IMG/VR virus record: IMGVR_UViG_3300046535_002009
Location: 46,061-110,060 of that record
Strand: one strand, 5' to 3'
From: a virus
DNA: 64,000 nt
Of the stretch, positions 26,195-35,463 are shown piece by piece. Positions within the stretch are counted from its first letter, which is position 1; each line of letters begins with the position of its first letter. The notes below the pieces were generated by a model, which made no database searches, was not told the DNA's origin, and saw only the letters and a program-made list of their open reading frames with translations. The translations under genes were made by a program, and so were the position numbers.

Positions 26195-26928
26195 CGGACG
26201 ATCCCGGCCGCCCGGGCTGCGGCGAGCCAGGTCGGGTATTCGGCGAGGAGCCGGTCGTAGAGGTCGGCGTCGGTCATGCGGCGGGGGTTGCGGCCGACGG
26301 CGAAGAAGCCAGCGTTGTCGACGGTGCGGCCGCGCATGGTGTCGAGGCCGCGGAGGAACGCGAACTCGCCTGATTCCTGGGGGCCGAAGCCGATGAACTG
26401 CCAGAAGATCGGCAGGTTGCTGGCCTCGCGGAGTACGAGCTGGGTGTCGGCGGCGTCGGTGCAGGCCCCGTCGGTCTGGAAGATGACGAACGCGGGCGTG
26501 GTGCTTCCGCGGTGGGCGTCCATGACCTTGCGCATGGCGGGCGCGTAGCGGGTGCCGCCCCAGGTGATGCCGCCGGTGCGGCGGAGGTTGTCGACGGCTC
26601 CGCGGTGGGAGCCGATTCTGACCTCCATCGGGTCGTAGGCGCGGCTCTGGAAGAACACGACGGGGACGGTGCCGTCGTCGTCGAGGTTTGCGGCCAGGCC
26701 GAGGCTCTGCTCGGCGAGGTGCTGAACGTCGCCGGCGGCGTAGTGGTCGTCCATGGAGCCGGAGTGGTCCAGGACGAGGTAGACGTCGGCGTGTTCGGTG
26801 TTGAGGCCGCGCTTGGTAAGGGAGACGCCGGCGGCCTTGACGAGGCTGACGAGCTCGGGGGCGTGGTCCTGGATGGTGTCGGGGGTGATCGGGGTGGGGC
26901 TGGCGGTCTTGCGGCTGAACAGGCCCAT
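26191..26928 (-). CDS. vWA-TerF-like domain protein
   Basis: MIDAS DHSGSM, LDDDG, GGT.YAP, FQTDG, PIFWQFIGFG, DNAGFF. Confidence 0.88.
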   Translation of the reverse strand: MGLFSRKTASPTPITPDTIQDHAPELVSLVKAAGVSLTKRGLNTEHADVYLVLDHSGSMDDHYAAGDVQHLAEQSLGLAANLDDDGTVPVVFFQSRAYDPMEVRIGSHRGAVDNLRRTGGITWGGTRYAPAMRKVMDAHRGSTTPAFVIFQTDGACTDAADTQLVLREASNLPIFWQFIGFGPQESGEFAFLRGLDTMRGRTVDNAGFFAVGRNPRRMTDADLYDRLLAEYPTWLAAARAAGIVR

Positions 26929-26954
26929 GGCGGGGTGTCCTTCGGTGGGGAGGG

Positions 26955-27839
26955 TCACGCGGCGCGTGTGCGTCGGCGGAGTTTGCGCTCGCGGGCCGCG
27001 TCGCGGACGGCGCGGCGGCAGCGCGGGCACGTCGGTGTGCCGATCTGGGTGTGGTCGTAGTAGCCGCCGGGGGTGCCGCAGCGGGCGGTCCAGTCCGGGG
27101 CGGCGGCGGGGTCGTCGATGGTGTCGTCGTCCCAGGCGAGGGGGACGGCCCAGGCGTGGCGGGCGGCGATGGCAAGGGCACCGGTGCGGTCGCGGGTGCG
27201 GACGCCGTGTTCCGCGGGGTCTGCGGCCCACAGCCGGTCGTACAGCTCGTGGACGAGCCGGGCCCGGCTGGAGGTGACACGGGGTCGGCGGCCGTGGGCG
27301 AGGTGCCACAGCTCTTCGCCGTGGGTTCCGCCGAGCCGGGCGAGGACGCGGATGGGCCAGCCGGAGGCGACGAGCGCCTGGACGCGCCGTCGGGAGCCGG
27401 TGCCGTCGACGACGGCTCGGCCGCCGGGCGGCACGCGGGGGATGGCGACGGAGCGGACGGCCCGGGCGTTCTCCTCCCGCATGCGGACCGAGGGCCGTTG
27501 GGCGCCGGCGCGAACGAGGAGTCGGCGCACGACCTTCTCGCTGACGGCGGCCTGCGCTGCGATCTGCTGGTAGGTCATGCCGGCGCGGACGAGGGCCTGC
27601 GCGTGGAGGCGGACGGGCTCCGCGGAAACGTAGGGCTGCCAACGGCCGTAAGCGACCTGGCGGCGCTTGGTGGCGGACCACGCGGTGGAAGCGAGCGTGC
27701 AGCGGCGGCAGCGGCAGCCGTGGTGGGTGTAGGTGGAGTGGCGACCGTGGGTGAGCTGTTCGGTGGGGTTTCCGCCGGTGACGGTGAGGGTGGAGTTGTC
27801 GGTCACTGCGGTCGCCTCTCGGTGGTGCGGGTGGTTCAT
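26955..27839 (-). CDS. HTH paralog 1 (zinc finger + HTH + shared domain + zinc finger)
   Basis: HG..STY.HHGCRCRRC; GSRRRVQALVASGW; WAVPLAWDDDTIDDPAA. Confidence 0.85.
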   Translation of the reverse strand: MNHPHHREATAVTDNSTLTVTGGNPTEQLTHGRHSTYTHHGCRCRRCTLASTAWSATKRRQVAYGRWQPYVSAEPVRLHAQALVRAGMTYQQIAAQAAVSEKVVRRLLVRAGAQRPSVRMREENARAVRSVAIPRVPPGGRAVVDGTGSRRRVQALVASGWPIRVLARLGGTHGEELWHLAHGRRPRVTSSRARLVHELYDRLWAADPAEHGVRTRDRTGALAIAARHAWAVPLAWDDDTIDDPAAAPDWTARCGTPGGYYDHTQIGTPTCPRCRRAVRDAARERKLRRRTRAA

Positions 27840-29116
27840 GCAGCAGCTGCGGTTGTGCGCGTCTCAACGGAGCGGCACCGGGCGCAGAGCGGGGTGCCGG
27901 TGAGCCGGTGGAGTGCCGGTCCGCGTGGTCGGCCGCAGTGGCCGGTGGAGTCGGGGCTGGCTGCGGGGTCGTCGATGGTGTCGTCGTCCCACGCGAGGGG
28001 GACGGCCCACTCGGCCCGGGTGGCCCGGTCGCGGGCGAGGGCCGCGCGGTCGGCGGGCACGCCGTGCCGGGTCGGGTCCTGGTCCCAGAGGCGGTTGTAG
28101 AGCGCGGCCACCGATTCGTTGGAGGTGAATGCCGGGTTGTCGCCCAGGAGGTTGGTGCGCAACTCGCTCGGCGGGCAGCCGAGGCGGGCGGCGAGGTGCG
28201 GGATCGGCCAGCCGCCGAGGACCAGGGCCTGCAGGCGCCGCTGGGAGCCGATCGCGGAGAGCGTGCGCGACGGCCGCTCGGGCTCGGGCTGGCCTGGCCG
28301 GACCGCCATGAGCTTCTGGGCGTTGGAGGCCCGGAGCTGCTTGGCGGGTTGCCGGCCGGAGCACGGACGGCCGTAGATGAGGTACTCGACGGTGCCGTGG
28401 CTGACGCCGGCGGCGCGCGCGATGGCCTTCGCGCTCATGCCGCCGGAGCGAAGGAGTTCGACGTGGGCGCGCGCCGGTTGTGCGTCGACCATCGTGGGGC
28501 GGCGCGTCTGTGCGGCAGCGGCGGGGGCGGCCGTCCTCAGTGGGGCGGGCTCTGCGGAGGCGGAGCGGCGTGACTCCTGGTCACGGGTGGACCGGCAGAC
28601 CTCGCAGTACCGGACGGTTCCGTCGTCGCGGAAGCGGCCGTGGACGGCCAGGTCGTGGCCGTGCTTGCAGCGTTCGACCCGGCGGCGGATGCCGCGGACC
28701 TCTGCGAGGACCTGGCGGCACTTGTGCCGGGTCTCGAAGTCGTCCATGTGGTCGGGGGAGATGCAGGCGCGGTCACCGCAGCCGGGCCGTGTGACGCCGG
28801 TGGGCCAGCGGCCGTGCCTGATCTTGAAAGCGACACGGCGGGCCGTGTACTCGCGGCCGGCATGCCGCAGAATTGGGCTGTTGTCGGCGTTCGTGGTGGG
28901 ACCGGCCCAGTACCGGTGGCCGTCCGGCCCTTCCTCACAGAGCGCCCACCACGCCGCTTCGAGGGTCGTAGTGGTGCGGTGGCTGACGGGCAGGCCCATG
29001 TCGGCGCGGAGCGCTGCCACCGACGTGGCGTGGGTGCGCAGATGGCGGGCAACGGACCGGTTCGACCATCCGGCCGCGATCAACTCTCGGGCCTGCTCGG
29101 CCTTCTGCGCCTTCAC
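27836..29116 (-). CDS. HTH paralog 2 (HTH + degenerate HNH + zinc finger + shared domain)
   Basis: CGDRACISPDHM, CKHGH..CEVC; GSQRRLQALVLGGW; WAVPLAWDDDTIDDPAA. Confidence 0.85.
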   Translation of the reverse strand: MKAQKAEQARELIAAGWSNRSVARHLRTHATSVAALRADMGLPVSHRTTTTLEAAWWALCEEGPDGHRYWAGPTTNADNSPILRHAGREYTARRVAFKIRHGRWPTGVTRPGCGDRACISPDHMDDFETRHKCRQVLAEVRGIRRRVERCKHGHDLAVHGRFRDDGTVRYCEVCRSTRDQESRRSASAEPAPLRTAAPAAAAQTRRPTMVDAQPARAHVELLRSGGMSAKAIARAAGVSHGTVEYLIYGRPCSGRQPAKQLRASNAQKLMAVRPGQPEPERPSRTLSAIGSQRRLQALVLGGWPIPHLAARLGCPPSELRTNLLGDNPAFTSNESVAALYNRLWDQDPTRHGVPADRAALARDRATRAEWAVPLAWDDDTIDDPAASPDSTGHCGRPRGPALHRLTGTPLCARCRSVETRTTAAAA

Positions 29117-29913
29117 TCCTGTGCTCCCTTCCAGCTGGCGGCCTTCCAGCGCTCGATGGTTCGTTCGGCGACGCCGACGCGCGCGCCGATGGCGGCCGAG
29201 GTGAGTCCGCGGCGGTGGAGGCGGCGTGCCTCCGCGATCCGCTCCGCGCGGGTGGTGCCCTCCTCCGCGGGCACCTCGGCCGGGTCGGGCTCGGCGGTGT
29301 CCGGACGGGCAGCCGGGTCGTCGATGTCGGCGCCCCACGCCAGGGGCCCGTGCCATCCGGCTCTGGCGGCCTTCATGCGGGACCGGGTCGAGGGTCCAGG
29401 TACCAGCGCCCACTGCCGGTAGAGGGCTGTGATTGCCCGCGCGGTGTCGATGTGGACCCGGGGGTTCGGGCGCTGGTTGGGGATGCCGTTGGTGATGCGG
29501 CTGATCGACGTCTCGTCGATGGGCAGCCGGCTGGCCAGCAGCGGGCGGGTGTAGCCGAAGGCGATGAGCGCCCGGAGGCGGCGTTGACTGCCGGTGGCGT
29601 CGACGAAGAACGTGACTGGCGTGTTGGGGAGTTGTGCCTGCTCGATGCGGCGGGCAACGCTCCGGTGAGTGGTGGGGTTCTCGTTGTTGGCCAGCTCGGT
29701 GATCTGCGAACGTGCGACGCCGGTCGCTTCGGCGATGGCGCTGACGGTGTGGCCGGCGTCGACCCAGGTCCGCACGCGTTCGACGGTGGGGCCAGCAGGG
29801 ATGCGCCGCTTGCCCTCCTTCGAGGTCCTGTATCGCCATGACTTGCAGTAGCGGCGGTTGTACTCCCGAGACCGGCCGGTGGCAGGGGCGGGCGCCTGCT
29901 CCAGGACGGTCAT
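29113..29913 (-). CDS. HTH paralog 3 (HTH + shared domain + C-terminal HTH)
   Basis: GSQRRLRALIAFGY; WHGPLAWGADIDDPAA; IGARVGVAERTIERW. Confidence 0.85.
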   Translation of the reverse strand: MTVLEQAPAPATGRSREYNRRYCKSWRYRTSKEGKRRIPAGPTVERVRTWVDAGHTVSAIAEATGVARSQITELANNENPTTHRSVARRIEQAQLPNTPVTFFVDATGSQRRLRALIAFGYTRPLLASRLPIDETSISRITNGIPNQRPNPRVHIDTARAITALYRQWALVPGPSTRSRMKAARAGWHGPLAWGADIDDPAARPDTAEPDPAEVPAEEGTTRAERIAEARRLHRRGLTSAAIGARVGVAERTIERWKAASWKGAQE

Positions 29914-30677
29914 GCTGCCGTCCCCTCGCGGCCGGAGCCGGCGGCGCGCGGCCCAGCGGCCGGGTCGTCGATGTCCGACCCCCAGGCGGAGGGCGGCAGC
30001 CACCCGCGCTGGGCCGCCCGCTCCCGCGTGCGGGAGGAGGGGCCCGGGATGTCGGTCCACTGCTCGTACAGGTCCCGGATCTCGGCTGCCCGGGCGATGT
30101 TGACGAGCGTGGTGAACCCGGTCGCGTACCGGCTGATAGCCCCGGGGTTCGTGCCGAGGGCCGCGGCGATGGACTCCAGCGGATACCCGACGGCCTGGAG
30201 CGCCTGGATACGGCGACGGCTGCCGACGGCGCTGATGTGACCCGACCCTTCCACGACCGGCGGATTCGGCTCGGCGCCGGCCACGGGCCGTGCGATCGCC
30301 GTCAGTTCGATGACTCCGCTGGCCATCGCCAGCGCGACGGCGTGCGCCCGGCAGGTCGCTCCGCTCACCTGGTAGAAGCGGTGCAGGTGGGACTTGATCG
30401 TGTTCTCGGTCAGGCCCATCTGCCGGGCGATCTGGGCGTTGGAGAGGCCGTTCGCGGCGCCCGTGAGGATCAGCCGCTGCTGGTGTGAGGCCTCCCCGGA
30501 GCGCAGGCGGCAGGAGGCCTCCGGGCCGAGGTCCGGCTTCGCGGCCCGGATCACCGCAGCGCTCAGGATGTCGGCGTGCCGGACGGTGATCGGCAGGTCG
30601 TGGGTGTCGGCGGCCTTCAGCATCGCGCCGTGGATCCGGCGCTGCATGAGGCCGTAGCCGCGGGGCGCCGGGATCAT
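29910..30677 (-). CDS. HTH paralog 4 (LuxR HTH + shared domain)
   Basis: GLSNAQIARQMGLTENTIKSHL; GSRRRIQALQAVGY; WLPPSAWGSDIDDPAA. Confidence 0.85.
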   Translation of the reverse strand: MIPAPRGYGLMQRRIHGAMLKAADTHDLPITVRHADILSAAVIRAAKPDLGPEASCRLRSGEASHQQRLILTGAANGLSNAQIARQMGLTENTIKSHLHRFYQVSGATCRAHAVALAMASGVIELTAIARPVAGAEPNPPVVEGSGHISAVGSRRRIQALQAVGYPLESIAAALGTNPGAISRYATGFTTLVNIARAAEIRDLYEQWTDIPGPSSRTRERAAQRGWLPPSAWGSDIDDPAAGPRAAGSGREGTAA

Positions 30678-31231
30678 GCCGTCACCTCAGGGATGTCGGG
30701 CCACACGGCGCGCTCGATGGCGACTCGGTTGACCTGCGGTACGACGGTCAGGGGCTGACCCAGCCAGTCGAGTCCGGCTGCCATGAGCGCGACGGCGTCG
30801 GCACGGTTGTCGTTGCCTGCCGTCTCGAACTGCGGCCAGCGGCGGGCGACGGCGTCGATGACGGCTCCCTTGTCGCCGCTGCCCTTGCCGCAGGCGTACT
30901 GGGCGCGCTGCCGCGGGTCCATGAGTCCGATCGGGACACCGTCGTCGCTCAGCGCGTCGTAGAGCGCCCACCAGAGCCAGCCGCGCTCGTGGGCGCCGCC
31001 GGCCGAGCGTGACAGGGCCGCGGTCTCCATGACGACCAGGCGCGGGTGTCCGACCGCGAGGAGGATCTCGTCCCGGACGTTGCGCATCGCGGTACGCCGC
31101 AAGCCGTGGGGGATCTTGGTGATGGGGTTCTTCTTGTCGGTGTACCCGATGGTCCTCGTCCAGCCGCTGGAGGAGGCCAGGCCGGTCGCGGTGAGGGACG
31201 GGTCGAGTCCGACGACGGTGAGGGCCTCCAT
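30674..31231 (-). CDS. RuvC-like Holliday junction resolvase
   Basis: VVGLDPSLTATG, VVME, GKGSGDK, NRADA. Confidence 0.85.
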   Translation of the reverse strand: MEALTVVGLDPSLTATGLASSSGWTRTIGYTDKKNPITKIPHGLRRTAMRNVRDEILLAVGHPRLVVMETAALSRSAGGAHERGWLWWALYDALSDDGVPIGLMDPRQRAQYACGKGSGDKGAVIDAVARRWPQFETAGNDNRADAVALMAAGLDWLGQPLTVVPQVNRVAIERAVWPDIPEVTA

Positions 31232-31626
31232 CAGGCACCGCCGACGAGGGAGAGGTGCCGGCCTTCGGCGGCGGTCCAGCTGCGAGGCGGCTCGTTCGCC
31301 GGGGCGTGGACGACCTTGATCACGGGGATCTCGATGGTCTCGGCCCGGGACCGGTCGAGCGCGCGCAGCGTCGCGGCCAGCTCGTCGGCGAGCTGCCTGT
31401 GGGCGATACGCACCTGGTTGTTGTCGAGGCGGACGTCGAGGAGCTGCCGGAACTGGCTCTCGATGAGCTGATCGGCGCCGGCCAGGCGGTCACGCAGGAC
31501 GCGGCAGTCGGCCCGGGCGGCGTCGCGTTCGACGGTGAGCTGGGCAATGCGGTCGTCGGCACGGTGCCGGCCGCAGGATGCGTAGGGGTTGAGCAGGCGC
31601 CGGAGCGCGGCAGGGAGCTTCATCAC
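31231..31626 (-). CDS. Coiled-coil hypothetical protein
   Basis: Coupled. Confidence 0.6.
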   Translation of the reverse strand: MMKLPAALRRLLNPYASCGRHRADDRIAQLTVERDAARADCRVLRDRLAGADQLIESQFRQLLDVRLDNNQVRIAHRQLADELAATLRALDRSRAETIEIPVIKVVHAPANEPPRSWTAAEGRHLSLVGGA

Positions 31627-31832
31627 GGGTTCCTGGTGGTGGAGCAGTGGTGGCAGGTCATGGCCCCGTTCCGGTGCAGGAAGTGGGGCTGTTCACCGGG
31701 GCAGGTGCCGGTGCAGGGCGCGAAGGCCGAGGCGAGGGGCCAGCCGGGGGCGACCGGCCTCAGGCCGTGCGCCCGCTGTGGGAGGGCCGCCGCGGTGAGC
31801 AGCGCGGCGGCCAGCGCCCGGACGGTGGTCAT
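31623..31832 (-). CDS. Small zinc-ribbon hypothetical protein
   Basis: Coupled; C..C..H..CHHC. Confidence 0.55.
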   Translation of the reverse strand: MTTVRALAAALLTAAALPQRAHGLRPVAPGWPLASAFAPCTGTCPGEQPHFLHRNGAMTCHHCSTTRNP

Positions 31833-32341
31833 GCGGCGGCTGTGAGCGGCGCGAAGTCGGCGTCGATGTTGGCCTGCTGGAGGAGGTGGACCTTCTCCTC
31901 CAGCTGCGCGGAGTGCTCGCGCTCCCGGCGGAGCTCGGCGGCGAGCCGGACGCTCTCCGGGGTCGGCTGGGCCGGCCGTACCGCGCGGTCCGCGCAGTCC
32001 TCGCGGTCGTCGATGATGCGCTGCAGGGCGGCGGCCGTGCTGGCCAGGCGGACGATCTCGGCCCGGTACCGGGCGCAGGCCCGGGCGAGCCGGCCGATGC
32101 GGTGCCCGTACCCGGCGGCCTTGTTCCGCAACTCGTCGACGTCGTACGACGCGAGGACCTTCTTGGTGATGAGGGAGCGGGCGTTGTCCCGCTCGTCCGT
32201 CACCTGGTTGATCCTGCGGGTGAGCTGTCGCCCGAGGGACCGGGCGGTGTCCCGCTCCTCGGTGACCTCTGTCAACCGGTCGCTGAGACGCGCGCAGCGG
32301 TCCTCCAGCTCGGCGATGCGGCGGCGGTGCTTTCCGAACAT
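31829..32341 (-). CDS. Coiled-coil hypothetical protein
   Basis: GGAGG RBS; internal repeat VTEERDTARS/VTDERDNARS. Confidence 0.7.
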   Translation of the reverse strand: MFGKHRRRIAELEDRCARLSDRLTEVTEERDTARSLGRQLTRRINQVTDERDNARSLITKKVLASYDVDELRNKAAGYGHRIGRLARACARYRAEIVRLASTAAALQRIIDDREDCADRAVRPAQPTPESVRLAAELRREREHSAQLEEKVHLLQQANIDADFAPLTAAA

Positions 32342-32351
32342 GGGAGCCTCC

Positions 32352-32609
32352 TCAGGCAGCAAGATCGGTGGGGGTGGACAGGTCGGCCGTGAAGGCGAGC
32401 AGGCCACGCTGCATCGCGATGGCGACGGCGTGCGGGGTGGTCCTGGCTCCCAGGCGGCGGCGCATGGTTCCTGCCTGGGTGCGGACGGTCTGGTGCGACA
32501 CGCGGTGGAGTGCTGCGACCTGGCGGAGGGTGAAGCCCTCGGCGAGGCCGTGGAGTACCCGCATCTCGGCGACGGACAGCTCACCGGGCGGGATCGGGTA
32601 CGTGCTCAC
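32352..32609 (-). CDS. Stand-alone LuxR-type HTH protein
   Basis: LSVAEMRVLHGLAEG...TVRT...RRLGA..HAVAIA. Confidence 0.8.
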   Translation of the reverse strand: MSTYPIPPGELSVAEMRVLHGLAEGFTLRQVAALHRVSHQTVRTQAGTMRRRLGARTTPHAVAIAMQRGLLAFTADLSTPTDLAA

Positions 32610-33448
32610 GCTGCCGTCTTCTCTTCCTCGGCCGGGACGAGTGGCCAGCGGCCGTCGATCACGGCGTGGGGGTCGCGGCTGGCGCCGGCCTTCGGGCTGC
32701 GCAGGTAGGCCTCGAAGGACGTGGCCTGTTCGATGGCCCAGTGGACCTGCCGGGCGTGCAGCTCCTCGGCGGTGATGCCGCCGACCTCGTCGAACTGCTC
32801 GCTTCGCTCGGCCCGGACGAAGTCGGGGCGCTGGATGCGGGGCTTGGACCCGATGGCGCCGATCTTCCAGGCGATCTGCCAGGCCTTCAGCGCGTCGTAC
32901 TCGGCGCCGTGGGCGGCTTCCTCGTCCCAGGGGAGGTCGTAGACCGCGGCGAGGGTGCGGAGTTGGCGGGCGCCCTGCTCCTTGGAGACCCGCTTGCGGT
33001 ACGGCAGGACGTGCTTGTCGAGGACCATCGTGTCGACGACCGGGCCGAGGGTGCGGCCGAGGGTCTCGACGAGGCCGGCGCCGGTGTGCCGCCTGGCCTC
33101 GTGGTTGAGGAGGTTGAGGTCGTAGCTGCCGATGTTGTGGCCGACCAGGACGATGCCGGAGCGGACGGCGTCGAGGACGGCGGTCACGATCTGGGGTACG
33201 GCTTCGTCGGCGGGGGTTCCGTGCTCGGCGAGGTAGAAGCCGGTGAGGCCGTGGACGGCGGCCGCCGCGTCGGGCATGGGCACGCCCGGGTTGACGGTCC
33301 AGGTGTGCTTCGCCGGGGGCTGGTTGCCGCCGATGAGGATGAGCGCGGCCTGGGCGATCCGGTCCTTGGTGACGTCGGTGCCGGTCGTCTCAAGGTCGAA
33401 GGCGGCCATGCGTCGGGTGTGCCAGGCGGCGGGTCGGTAGGTGTTCAC
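32606..33448 (-). CDS. DnaQ-like DEDDh 3'-5' exonuclease
   Basis: FDLETTG, GHN..YD, VDT..LD, AHGAEYD. Confidence 0.92.
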   Translation of the reverse strand: MNTYRPAAWHTRRMAAFDLETTGTDVTKDRIAQAALILIGGNQPPAKHTWTVNPGVPMPDAAAAVHGLTGFYLAEHGTPADEAVPQIVTAVLDAVRSGIVLVGHNIGSYDLNLLNHEARRHTGAGLVETLGRTLGPVVDTMVLDKHVLPYRKRVSKEQGARQLRTLAAVYDLPWDEEAAHGAEYDALKAWQIAWKIGAIGSKPRIQRPDFVRAERSEQFDEVGGITAEELHARQVHWAIEQATSFEAYLRSPKAGASRDPHAVIDGRWPLVPAEEEKTAA

Positions 33449-33515
33449 GGGGCCCCCCTTTCGGTGGAGGGTCGGGCGGGGCCGCCGCCGCGCGGCGGGG
33501 CGGCGGCCCCGAAGT

Positions 33516-33617
33516 TCAGCGGGGCGGGTGGTGCTTTCCGAGGAGGAGAGCGGCGAGGGATACGGCGGCCCAAGCGACGACGAGCGCCCAGAACACGGTC
33601 ACGGCGGTGTCGATCAC
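33516..33617 (-). CDS. 33-aa membrane peptide
   Basis: GTGA coupling; single TM. Confidence 0.45.
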   Translation of the reverse strand: MIDTAVTVFWALVVAWAAVSLAALLLGKHHPPR

Positions 33618-34630
33618 TCGGCACCGTCCGGCTCTTCGGTCGGCCAGTCCTCGTCGTGCTCCTCGATGACCTCGGCGTCGATCGCGCCGTCGGCGTCGGG
33701 CTCCGGCTCCCCCGCGGCGGGCTTGCCCCGACGCTCGGACTCGGCCTTAACCTCGGCGGCTCGGCGCTTCAGCAGCTCCTTCAGCTCCGGAGTGAGGTCG
33801 CGGTTGCGGTCGGCCAGGCGCCAGGTGTCCTGGACGTCCTCGACGTGGAGGGCAGCGGCGGCCAGGGCCACGTAGTCGGGCCGGGCGGCCTCCAGGGCGA
33901 GCCGGGGCGCAGCCGAGGGGTTGAGGGCGATCTCGGTGGGGATCGGCCCGGACAGGGCCTGGCGCGGGGTCAGGCCGCGTACCTCCACGACCACGACCGG
34001 GAAGTGCTTCGTCTTGCCCTCGGCGACCCGCATCCGGGGCTCGATCCGCATCGTCACCGGGACGAGGCCGCGACCGCCGGTCCCGGCGAGGACCATGTCG
34101 ACGGTCCCGGCCATCTCACTCGCGGCGTAGAACGAGTGGGTCTCGCAGAGCCAGGTACCCAGGCCCGGGACGTCCGGCAGGACGACGGAGATCCGGGTGG
34201 TCGCCGAGCACACGGTGCCCTTGGGCCGCAGGTGCCAGTCCTCGCCGCACTCGGCGGCGCAGAGGCACGGCCTGCGACTGATCAGCTCGGTCTCGCCGTT
34301 GCACCGCCGCTGGCAACCGCCCTTGGTCCAGAGCTCGTTGTACTGGGACAGCGGGTCGCCCGGGGGCAGGAGCGCATCGACCTGCTCGGCGTTGGTGATG
34401 AGCCGCCACTGCTCGGGCCCGTTGCCCTGCGGCTGCCAGCGGGTCACCTTGCCGCCCCACAGCTCGGCGGCGACGTGGAGCTTCTCGTCGGTATGGCTGG
34501 TCAGGACCCAGGTCTTCGACTTGACCGGGACGGGCCGCTTGCCCGGGTCCTTGTGCGGCACGGACCACCCGGTCCGCATCTTGCCGAGGGTGACGGCCCG
34601 GCGCTGCGTGTTGAGGATCCGGCCGCCCAT
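33614..34630 (-). CDS. Gp3-like recombination directionality factor family protein
   Basis: LGKMRTG, ELWGG, YNELW..GGCQRRCNG, C..TTRI, LG.W..THSFYAA; acidic tail. Confidence 0.65.
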   Translation of the reverse strand: MGGRILNTQRRAVTLGKMRTGWSVPHKDPGKRPVPVKSKTWVLTSHTDEKLHVAAELWGGKVTRWQPQGNGPEQWRLITNAEQVDALLPPGDPLSQYNELWTKGGCQRRCNGETELISRRPCLCAAECGEDWHLRPKGTVCSATTRISVVLPDVPGLGTWLCETHSFYAASEMAGTVDMVLAGTGGRGLVPVTMRIEPRMRVAEGKTKHFPVVVVEVRGLTPRQALSGPIPTEIALNPSAAPRLALEAARPDYVALAAAALHVEDVQDTWRLADRNRDLTPELKELLKRRAAEVKAESERRGKPAAGEPEPDADGAIDAEVIEEHDEDWPTEEPDGAE

Positions 34631-35463
34631 CACGCCGCCTTCAGGAAGTCGGGCTCCGCGGCCTCGGGAGGCAGCAGCGCGGGGTGCGAGCCGGGGAGTT
34701 CGTGGAGCCACTGGGTGGTGACCAGGGCGCCGCGGAAGGCCCGCCAGGCGGCCTTGTCACCGGGCATGTCGACGAGCGCGTGCGAGCGCTGGCGCAGGTT
34801 GAGGATGCCGGTGCGCTGGATTGCGGGGACCGGCTCGGAGGTGTCGTCCGGGAGGATCACGACCTCGCAGAAGCGCAGCGCCGCGAGCTGCATCGCGAAC
34901 TCCGGGTAGACGCTCTTGGCGGGCCGGGTGGAGCTGGTCTTGAAGTCGATCAGCCACAACTCCCGGCGGCCGCCCGGGCCGGTCGGCAGCCAGATCATGA
35001 GGTCGGCGGTGCCCGCGTAGCCCAGGGTCCGGTGCATGCAGGTGATCTCGGTGGAGACGACGTCGCGGGTGATGTCGACACCCCACGCGGTCATCCACTT
35101 CACGAGCTGCCGGGCGTACGACTCCACCTCCGGGTCGGCCGGGTGGGGCGTGCCGAGCATGATCGCCTGCGCCCTGAGGTGGACGCGGCTGCCCAGGTCG
35201 GCAGCCCGCTCGCGGACGTCGCGGTGGACCTGCTTGATCTCCCGGACGAGCTCGGCCCGATCGGTGATCGCCCGGCGGGCGACCATGATGCGGCGCTCCA
35301 GCATCCACTCGATCGTCTCCCGGACCGCCCAGGGCATCAGCGCGTGGTGCTTGGAGACGGAGGAGTCGATCACGTTGGTGACGCTGACGAGGTCGGGGCC
35401 GCCGGCCGGGTCGGAGTAGTACCGGCCGTTCTCGGTGTCGCGGGCGAGCCTGGGATCGGTCAC
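34630..35463 (-). CDS. PD-(D/E)XK (RecE/Cas4-like) exonuclease
   Basis: SVTNVI, G.RVH, E..C, YAGTAD..IDFKT, QLAAL. Confidence 0.85.
   Translation of the reverse strand: MTDPRLARDTENGRYYSDPAGGPDLVSVTNVIDSSVSKHHALMPWAVRETIEWMLERRIMVARRAITDRAELVREIKQVHRDVRERAADLGSRVHLRAQAIMLGTPHPADPEVESYARQLVKWMTAWGVDITRDVVSTEITCMHRTLGYAGTADLMIWLPTGPGGRRELWLIDFKTSSTRPAKSVYPEFAMQLAALRFCEVVILPDDTSEPVPAIQRTGILNLRQRSHALVDMPGDKAAWRAFRGALVTTQWLHELPGSHPALLPPEAAEPDFLKAA

Noticed and set aside
27040-28100. Near-identical segments in paralogs 1 and 2 as a DGR template/variable repeat
   Set aside because: No reverse transcriptase in the window, both copies are coding, and differences are not adenine-specific.
32666-34909. 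747-aa plus-strand ORF and similar long antisense ORFs (61444-63393, 37815-39269, 8460-9950)
   Set aside because: Shadow frames of real genes in high-GC DNA; low-complexity translation, no RBS or motifs.
34630-35463. Cas4 / CRISPR adaptation gene
   Set aside because: No Fe-S cysteine set or cas context; typical phage recombination exonuclease.
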